Below the pieces are notes generated by a model that made no database searches, was not told the origin of the DNA, and worked only from the letters and a program-made list of their open reading frames with translations. A stretch of DNA of 32,000 nucleotides from contig NZ_LN831039.1 in the NCBI RefSeq assembly GCF_001457595.1, positions 1,110,001 to 1,142,000 on the forward strand, in the 5' to 3' direction. Position 1 is the stretch's first letter, and every line of letters starts with the position of its first letter. Shown piece after piece: positions 26,301 to 32,000 of this stretch. A program made the position numbers and the translations under genes. The DNA is from Mycolicibacterium smegmatis (GTDB lineage: Bacteria > Actinomycetota > Actinomycetes > Mycobacteriales > Mycobacteriaceae).

Positions 26301-28007
26301 GTGACGACCATCGACCGCCGCTCGTATGCGCGCATGTTCGGGCCCACCAAGGGTGACCGGATCCGGCTCGCCGATTCGGATCTGTTCGTCGAGGTCGAGT
26401 ACGACCACACCGTGCCGGGTTACGAGTTGCTCAGCGGTGCAGGAAAATCCGTGCGCGACGGCGAGGGGTACCGGCCATCGTCCAAACCGTCCGACGGCGC
26501 GCTCGACTACGTCATCATGAACGCCGTCGTGATCGACGCTGTCGCCGGGATCATCAAGTGCGACATCGGTATCCGCGACGGGCGCATCGTCGGCATCGGC
26601 AAGGCGGGCAACCCGGACACCATGCCGGGGGTCACCGAAAGCATGGTCGTCGGCAGCGCCACCACGCCGATCCCGGCCGAGGGCATGATCGTCACGGCGG
26701 GTGCCATCGAGACGCACGCGCACCTGATCTCGCCGCAGCAGACCGAACACGCGTTGTCGACGGGCACCACCACGCTCATCGGCGGTTCACTGGGCCCGTC
26801 GTTCGAGGTCGCGACCGGCGGCCCGCGCAACCTCGGCATGTTCCTCAAGGCCGGTGACTACACGCCCATGAACTACGTGCCGTTCGGGCGGGGTTCGTCG
26901 GATCCGGCCGCGGTGCTGGAGATGGTGGCCGCAGGCGCGGGCGCGGTCAAGATCCACGAGGACTTCGGCGCCTCGCCCGACATCATCGACAAGACGTTGC
27001 AGGCCGCGGATTCCGCAGATTTCGCGGTGCATCTGCACACCGATTCGATCAACGAGTTCGGGTTCTCCGAGATCACCATGTTGACGATCGGCGACCGGAC
27101 CATCCACCTCTATCACGTCGAGGGTGCGGGCGGCGGGCACGCACCCGACCTGATCCGGTGCGTGAGCTTCGACAACGTCATCCCGGGCACCACCAACCCC
27201 ACCAACCCGTACACGTTGGGCGGTCTCGACGAAGGTGTGCCGATGACCATGGCGGCGCACCTGATGAACTGGGAGTCGCCCGAGGACATCGCGTTCGCCG
27301 AGGCGCGGATCCGCCCGCAGACCATGGTGGCCGAGGATCTCCTGCACGACATGGGTGCCATCTCGATCTTCGGCAGCGACACCCAGGGCATGGGGCGAGT
27401 CGCCGAGAACATCGCCAACTGCTGGCAATTGGCCGCGGTGATGAAACAGCGTGTCGGGCGCCTGCCGGAGGAGAAGACCGCCGCGGCCGACAACGAACGC
27501 GTCAAGCGCTACATCGCGAAACTGACCATCAACCCGGCCATCTCGGTCGGCGCCGACGATCACATCGGTTCGGTCGAGGTGGGCAAGGTCGCCGACCTGG
27601 TGATCTGGAAACCCGCGTTCTTCGGCGTCAAACCACAGGTGGTGCTCAAGAACGGCTACATCGCGTGGGCCGCGCTCGGCGACGCGGCCGGGTCGATCTC
27701 GTCGTCCGAACCGATCATCCAGCGCCCCAACTGGGCCGCCTTGGGCGACGCGGCCGCCGACGGCGGATTCGTGTTCATGTCCTCGCTCGCCATCGACGCC
27801 GGGGTGCCCGAACGCCTCGGGCTGCGCAAGCATGTACTGCCCATCAAGTCGGTGCGCTCGCTGCGCAAGAAGGACATGGTGCGCAACGACGCCCTGCCGC
27901 ACGTCGAGGTCGATCCGCGCACCTTCGACGTGCGGGCCGACGGGGTACTGCTCACCGCCGAACCCGCTGTCAGCGTGCCGTTTTCGCGGAAGTTCCTGCT
28001 GCGATGA
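26301..28007 (+). CDS. ureC: Urease alpha subunit, divergent
   Basis: 568 aa; [20 protein letters not shown] (Lys217), [55 protein letters not shown]. Confidence 0.95.
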   Translation: MTTIDRRSYARMFGPTKGDRIRLADSDLFVEVEYDHTVPGYELLSGAGKSVRDGEGYRPSSKPSDGALDYVIMNAVVIDAVAGIIKCDIGIRDGRIVGIGKAGNPDTMPGVTESMVVGSATTPIPAEGMIVTAGAIETHAHLISPQQTEHALSTGTTTLIGGSLGPSFEVATGGPRNLGMFLKAGDYTPMNYVPFGRGSSDPAAVLEMVAAGAGAVKIHEDFGASPDIIDKTLQAADSADFAVHLHTDSINEFGFSEITMLTIGDRTIHLYHVEGAGGGHAPDLIRCVSFDNVIPGTTNPTNPYTLGGLDEGVPMTMAAHLMNWESPEDIAFAEARIRPQTMVAEDLLHDMGAISIFGSDTQGMGRVAENIANCWQLAAVMKQRVGRLPEEKTAAADNERVKRYIAKLTINPAISVGADDHIGSVEVGKVADLVIWKPAFFGVKPQVVLKNGYIAWAALGDAAGSISSSEPIIQRPNWAALGDAAADGGFVFMSSLAIDAGVPERLGLRKHVLPIKSVRSLRKKDMVRNDALPHVEVDPRTFDVRADGVLLTAEPAVSVPFSRKFLLR

Positions 28008-28621
28008 CCACCGCACTCAAGGCAGCACGCATCGGTATCGGCGGTCCGGTGGGCTCGGGCAAGACCGCGCTGGTCGAGGCGCTGCTCGCCGGTTTCGCGC
28101 GGCGGGGTCGCAGCGTGTCGGTGATCACCAACGACCTCGTCACCACCGAGGACGCCGAACGGGTCCGTCGTTCGGGACTGATCGATCCGCGGCGCGTACG
28201 TGCGGTCGAGGCCGGGGGATGCCCGCACACCGTGATCCGTGAGGATCCGTCGCTCAACATGGCCGCGGCCGACGCGCTCGAAGCCGAATTCCCCGACACC
28301 GAGATGATCCTGCTGGAATCCGGCGGCGACAACCTGGCGTCGACGTTCTCGCGGGACCTGGTGGACTACTGGCTCTTCGTGATCGACGTCGCAGGCGGAG
28401 ACGACATCCCACGCAAACGCGGACCCGGCGTGCTGCGCTGCGACCTGCTGGTGATCAACAAGGTCGACCTCGCACCGCACGTCGGCGTCGATCTCGACCT
28501 GATGCGCCGCGAGGCCGACGAAGTCCGCAGCGGCAGAACGGTTGTTGCGATCAGCGCCCGCAACGGGCACGGCATCGACGAGTTGATGGACGTGCTCGAG
28601 CGCGAAGTGCTGTTCGTGTGA
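28004..28621 (+). CDS. ureG: Urease accessory GTPase UreG
   Basis: [59 protein letters not shown]. Confidence 0.95.
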   Translation: MTTALKAARIGIGGPVGSGKTALVEALLAGFARRGRSVSVITNDLVTTEDAERVRRSGLIDPRRVRAVEAGGCPHTVIREDPSLNMAAADALEAEFPDTEMILLESGGDNLASTFSRDLVDYWLFVIDVAGGDDIPRKRGPGVLRCDLLVINKVDLAPHVGVDLDLMRREADEVRSGRTVVAISARNGHGIDELMDVLEREVLFV

Positions 28622-29433
28622 AGCTCGCCGAACGCACGGCGGCCGATCTGCGGTTCGCCCGCGCCGGCGCCCACACGGTGCTGACCCGGCGCCGTCATCG
28701 GTGGCCGTTCGTGATCGGCCGCGTCTTCGCCGACCCGCAGGACCCCGGCCTCGGCACGCTCACCCTGCAGAACGCGGCGGGCACCGTCATCCCCGGCGAC
28801 GTGATCCGCCAGCGCATCGAGGTGGTCGACGGCGGGCGGGCCGCGGTCAACGGGCAGGGGGCCACGCTGATCAGCGGTGTTCCCGGCGGTGACGCGTCGG
28901 CCGAGGAGACCGAGTTGTACGTCGACGCCCACAGTTGGCTGCGGTTCGATCCCGCGCCACGCATCCTCACCGCCCACGCCCGTCATCGCCAGCGCACCGA
29001 GGTGTGCGTCGCACACCGCGGCTGCGCCGTCGTCGTCGACGCCGTGGTGCTGCACCCCGACCTCGACGCGGCGACCTTCGGCAGCATCGAATCCACCGTC
29101 ACCGTCCGCTCGCCCGGCGGCGCACTGCTGGCGATGGACGCACAGGTCTTGGACGCCCCACCCGTGACGGGCCGCTTCACCGCGTTCGGCACGGTCTACT
29201 TCGTCGGGGCGGGCTTCACCGGGGGCCACCATGAGGGCCCGACCGATCCACCCGGCGTCTACACCGCGGTCACCGAACTGCCCAACGGCGCCGGCTGCGC
29301 CGTACGCATCGCCGCCGCGGACGGCGGAACCCTGCGCACCTACCTTCGCCTGCTCTCCGCCGAAACGGCATTCCAGCGGGCGTCCACTCGCACTTTTACT
29401 GACGGAATGCCGTTTCGGCGGAGTCAGGTGTGA
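28618..29433 (+). CDS. ureD: Urease accessory protein UreD/UreH
   Basis: GTGA overlap with ureG; [60 protein letters not shown]-terminal ~26 aa encoded by repeat copy B. Confidence 0.87.
   Translation: MKLAERTAADLRFARAGAHTVLTRRRHRWPFVIGRVFADPQDPGLGTLTLQNAAGTVIPGDVIRQRIEVVDGGRAAVNGQGATLISGVPGGDASAEETELYVDAHSWLRFDPAPRILTAHARHRQRTEVCVAHRGCAVVVDAVVLHPDLDAATFGSIESTVTVRSPGGALLAMDAQVLDAPPVTGRFTAFGTVYFVGAGFTGGHHEGPTDPPGVYTAVTELPNGAGCAVRIAAADGGTLRTYLRLLSAETAFQRASTRTFTDGMPFRRSQV
29356..29422. repeat. 67-bp terminal-inverted-repeat element, copy B (inside 3' end of ureD)
   Basis: Perfect 19-bp arms TCCGCCGAAACGGCATTCC (29356-29374) / GGAATGCCGTTTCGGCGGA (29404-29422), 29-nt centre nearly identical to copy A. 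Confidence 0.88.
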
Positions 29434-29462
29434 AAACGTCGCGCACGGGTTACTAAGCACGC

Positions 29463-30146
29463 ATGCTTGAGAGCCAAGTCGATCAGATCGCCGTCGTCAT
29501 CCCCGCGCACAACGAGCGCGCCCACCTGCCGATGTCGCTTCGTGCGATGGTCACCGCCGCGATGTGCGTGCCCGTACCCGTGCAGATCGTCGTGGTTCTC
29601 GACGCCTGCACCGACGGCAGCGAGGCGCTCGCCGGCGACTTCGGCTCCGATGTCCACTTCGTGTCGGTCGACGCGGGCAATGTGGGTGCCGCGCGCGCCG
29701 CGGGATTCGCGTATGCCCGCTCGCTGCGCCCGGACACCGTGAGGACCTGGTACGCGACGTCCGACGCCGATACGGCGGTGCCCGCCGACTGGCTCGTCGA
29801 GATGACGACGACGGCCGTCGAGGTCGACGCCGACATGGTGCTCGGTGGCGTCCACGTGCCGGGCGGCCAGGATTTCAGCGAGAGCAACGACCACGTGCAC
29901 GGCGCCAACATGGGATTTCGTGCCGACGCGTACTGGTCGGTCGGTGGCTTCCGCGGGCTGAAGACCGGTGAGGACGCCGAACTCGCCGACCGCTTCGAGT
30001 CACACGGCCTGCACGTGCACCGCGACGGCGACCTGTCGGTGGAGACCTCGGCCCGCCGGTCGGGCCGCGCGCCCGACGGCTTCGCCGACTACCTGCGCGA
30101 ACTCGCCCGCACCCCGGTGCCTGCCGAACTCGGCGCCCCGGCCTGA
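29463..30146 (+). CDS. Glycosyltransferase family 2 protein
   Basis: QIAVVIPAHNERAHLPMSLRAMV, VLDACTDGS, TSDADTAVPADWL, GANMGFRADAYWSVGGF...GEDAELADRF. Confidence 0.88.
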   Translation: MLESQVDQIAVVIPAHNERAHLPMSLRAMVTAAMCVPVPVQIVVVLDACTDGSEALAGDFGSDVHFVSVDAGNVGAARAAGFAYARSLRPDTVRTWYATSDADTAVPADWLVEMTTTAVEVDADMVLGGVHVPGGQDFSESNDHVHGANMGFRADAYWSVGGFRGLKTGEDAELADRFESHGLHVHRDGDLSVETSARRSGRAPDGFADYLRELARTPVPAELGAPA

Positions 30147-30168
30147 TCTCCTGCGCGAGCGGACGGAG

Positions 30169-30196
30169 GTACCCCGCGACGAGGGGTGCGGGGTAC
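30169..30196. terminator. Hairpin GTACCCCGC-N10-GCGGGGTAC between convergent genes
   Basis: 9-bp perfect stem between stop of GT2 (30146) and stop of fadD8-like gene (30217); no U-tract. Confidence 0.6.
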
Positions 30197-30216
30197 TGCC
30201 CGTCTGCCGCGCCCGA

Positions 30217-31836
30217 TCAGCCGACCGCGCGCGCGGCACCCTCCCAGAACTGGGCCCGCACGGCCTTCTTGTCGGGCTTGCCCAGCGCGGTCACGGGCAC
30301 CGAGTCGACGACGATCACCTGCTTGGGTGACTGCACCGAACCCTTGCGTTCCTTCACCGACGCCTGGATCTCGGCGGTCAACCGCTCGATGCCCTCCTCG
30401 CTGCGGTCGGCGTCGGGACGCAGCACGACCACCGCGGTGACGGCCTCGCCCCACTTCTCGTCGGGCGTGCCGATCACGCACACCTGCGCGACCGAGGGAT
30501 GTTCGGCGACAACGTCTTCCACCTCACGCGGGAACACGTTGAAGCCGCCGGTGACGATCATGTCCTTGACCCGGTCGACGATGAACCAGTAGCCGTCCTC
30601 GTCCTCGCGGGCCATGTCGCCGGTGTGCAGCCAGCCGTCCTTGAACGTCTCGGCCGTCGCGTCGGGCAGCTTCCAGTACCCGCCGGCCAGCAGCGGGCCG
30701 GACACGCAGATCTCGCCGACCTCGCCCTGCGGGACGGGGTTTCCCTCGGGGTCGAGCAGCGCCGTGCGCGCGAACATGGTGGGCCGCCCGCACGAGGTGA
30801 GCCGCTTCTCGTCGTGGTCCTTCTTGCCCAGGTACGAGATCACCATCGGGGCCTCGGACTGGCCGTAGTACTGCGCGAAGATCGGGCCGAACCGCTTGAG
30901 CGCCTCGGCCAGCCGCACGGGGTTCATCGCCGAGGCGCCGTAGTACACGGTCTCCAGCGACGACAGGTCGCGCGTGTGGGAGTCGGGGTGGTCCAGCAGC
31001 GCGTAGAGCATCGACGGCACCAGCATGGTCGCGGTGATGCGACGTTCTTCGATGACGCGCAGTACCTCGCCAGGATCGAACTTGGGCAGCACGATCATCT
31101 CGCCGCCCTTGACGATCGTCGGCACGAAGAACGCCGCACCGGCGTGCGACAGCGGCGTGCACATCAGGAAGCGGGGGTTCTCGGGCCACTCCCATTCGGC
31201 CAGCTGGATCGTCGTCATGGTGGTGATCGACCGCACCGTGCCCATCACGCCCTTGGGCTTACCAGTGGTTCCGCCGGTGTAGGTGAGCCCGCCGATGTGG
31301 TCGGGCGGCAACTCGGCCGCGACGAGCGGCTTCGCCGGGTACTTGGCGGCCTCGGCGTTCAGATCGGTGGCCACCCCGGCCAGCGCCTCGGGCACGGGCC
31401 CGATGGTCAGGATCTGGCGCAGCGTCGGGACCTTCTCCAGCAGTCCCAGCGCGCGCTCGACGAACGCGGGCGTCGGGTCGATGATCAGCGTCGTGACCTC
31501 GGCGTCGGACAGCACGTAGGCGTGGTCGTCGAGGGAACCCAGCGGGTGCAGCGCCGTGCGCCGGTAACCCTGCGTCTGCCCCGCTCCGATGATCATCAGC
31601 ACCTCGGGCCGGTTCAGCGACAGCAGGCCGACGCCCTCGCCGGAACCCGCACCGAGCGCCTCGAACGCCTGGATGTACTGGCTGATGCGGTCGGCGAGTT
31701 CACCGCCGGTCAGCGTGGTGTCGCCGAGGAACAGCACCGGCTTGTCCCGGTTGCGTTTGAGCGCTGCCACGGTCAGGTGGCCGGAGTGAGTGGGGTGACG
31801 CAGCAGATCGGGCGAGGAGCTTTTCACCTGGGTCAT
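30217..31836 (-). CDS. fadD8: Acyl-CoA synthetase/AMP-binding ligase (FadD8-like)
   Basis: GGLTYTGGTTGKPKGVMGTVRS, YYGASAMNPVRLAEALKRFGPIFAQYYGQSEAP, LHTGDMAREDEDGYWFIVDRVKDMIVTGGFNVFPREVEDV. Start ATG 31836. Confidence 0.9.
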   Translation of the reverse strand: MTQVKSSSPDLLRHPTHSGHLTVAALKRNRDKPVLFLGDTTLTGGELADRISQYIQAFEALGAGSGEGVGLLSLNRPEVLMIIGAGQTQGYRRTALHPLGSLDDHAYVLSDAEVTTLIIDPTPAFVERALGLLEKVPTLRQILTIGPVPEALAGVATDLNAEAAKYPAKPLVAAELPPDHIGGLTYTGGTTGKPKGVMGTVRSITTMTTIQLAEWEWPENPRFLMCTPLSHAGAAFFVPTIVKGGEMIVLPKFDPGEVLRVIEERRITATMLVPSMLYALLDHPDSHTRDLSSLETVYYGASAMNPVRLAEALKRFGPIFAQYYGQSEAPMVISYLGKKDHDEKRLTSCGRPTMFARTALLDPEGNPVPQGEVGEICVSGPLLAGGYWKLPDATAETFKDGWLHTGDMAREDEDGYWFIVDRVKDMIVTGGFNVFPREVEDVVAEHPSVAQVCVIGTPDEKWGEAVTAVVVLRPDADRSEEGIERLTAEIQASVKERKGSVQSPKQVIVVDSVPVTALGKPDKKAVRAQFWEGAARAVG

Positions 31837-31847
31837 GCAGTCCAGAC

Positions 31848-31861
31848 TAGAACGTGTTCCA
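31848..31861. promoter_or_regulatory. KstR-like palindrome TAGAACGTGTTCCA (TnnAACnnGTTnnA)
   Basis: 14/14 agreement with the recalled KstR consensus form, 11 nt upstream of the fadD8-like ATG. Confidence 0.5.
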
Positions 31862-31979
31862 GAAATGGTGCAGTCGATCCCCCTGAACTCGGGCCGAGGC
31901 GCACAAAGCAGGTAGTCCGCTACGCATGTCACCCCTGGTCGACCTCCCTAACGTCACACATGAACAAGGAGGCACGAAC

Positions 31980-32000
31980 ATGGCGACCACCGACCGCCGG
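31980..32000 (+). CDS. Start of an unidentified CDS running off the window (MATTDRR...)
   Basis: ATG at 31980 preceded by aaggaggcacgaac; divergent from fadD8-like gene. Confidence 0.5.

Noticed and set aside
29434-29462. Including the glycosyltransferase in the urease operon's functional system.
   Set aside because: It is close downstream but its function (GT2) is unrelated, and the repeat hairpin at 29356-29422 may separate the transcripts.
1-32000. CRISPR arrays, tRNA/rRNA genes, transposases, prophage genes, toxin-antitoxin pairs or BGC core enzymes.
   Set aside because: No direct-repeat arrays, no recognisable RNA genes and no transposase, integrase or TA-like proteins were found. The only repeats seen are the two 67-bp elements.

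Overview
High-GC actinobacterial window, most consistent with a fast-growing mycobacterium (Mycolicibacterium smegmatis-like). It has a conserved core gene string: pitA-like, membrane protein, DUF3349, glyoxalase-like, SDR, menB ... fadD8-like. From memory this matches the M. tuberculosis Rv0543c-Rv0548c / Rv0551c order. Two nitrogen-catabolism modules interrupt this core. Module 1 (about 1.6-8.0 kb) is a PucR-type regulator divergent from a five-gene, translationally coupled operon: APC permease, SDR, SDR, agmatinase-family ureohydrolase, CE4/allantoinase-fold amidohydrolase. Module 2 (about 10.7-29.4 kb) holds a HAD hydrolase divergent from an N,N-dimethylformamidase-like pair plus a degenerate Rieske-like third gene, a LuxR-type regulator, a Dpp/Opp-type ABC importer, two amidase-signature enzymes around a 63-aa AtzG/DUF4089-like protein, and an unusual urease locus ordered ureE-ureF-ureAB(fused)-ureC-ureG-ureD. 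The best leads are: (i) a divergent urease lacking the flap Cys319 and carrying other active-site-rim changes; (ii) the amidase/mini-protein/amidase/urease arrangement, suggesting catabolism of a ureide or substituted urea; (iii) a Rieske-like protein that has lost 3 of 4 cluster ligands; (iv) two copies of a 67-bp terminal-inverted-repeat element, one forming the 3' end of ureD; (v) an 11-codon leader ORF overlapping a possible GTG start of the ABC solute-binding protein; (vi) a KstR-like palindrome upstream of the fadD8-like gene. All assignments come from reading the sequence and recalled family motifs. No database search was run.
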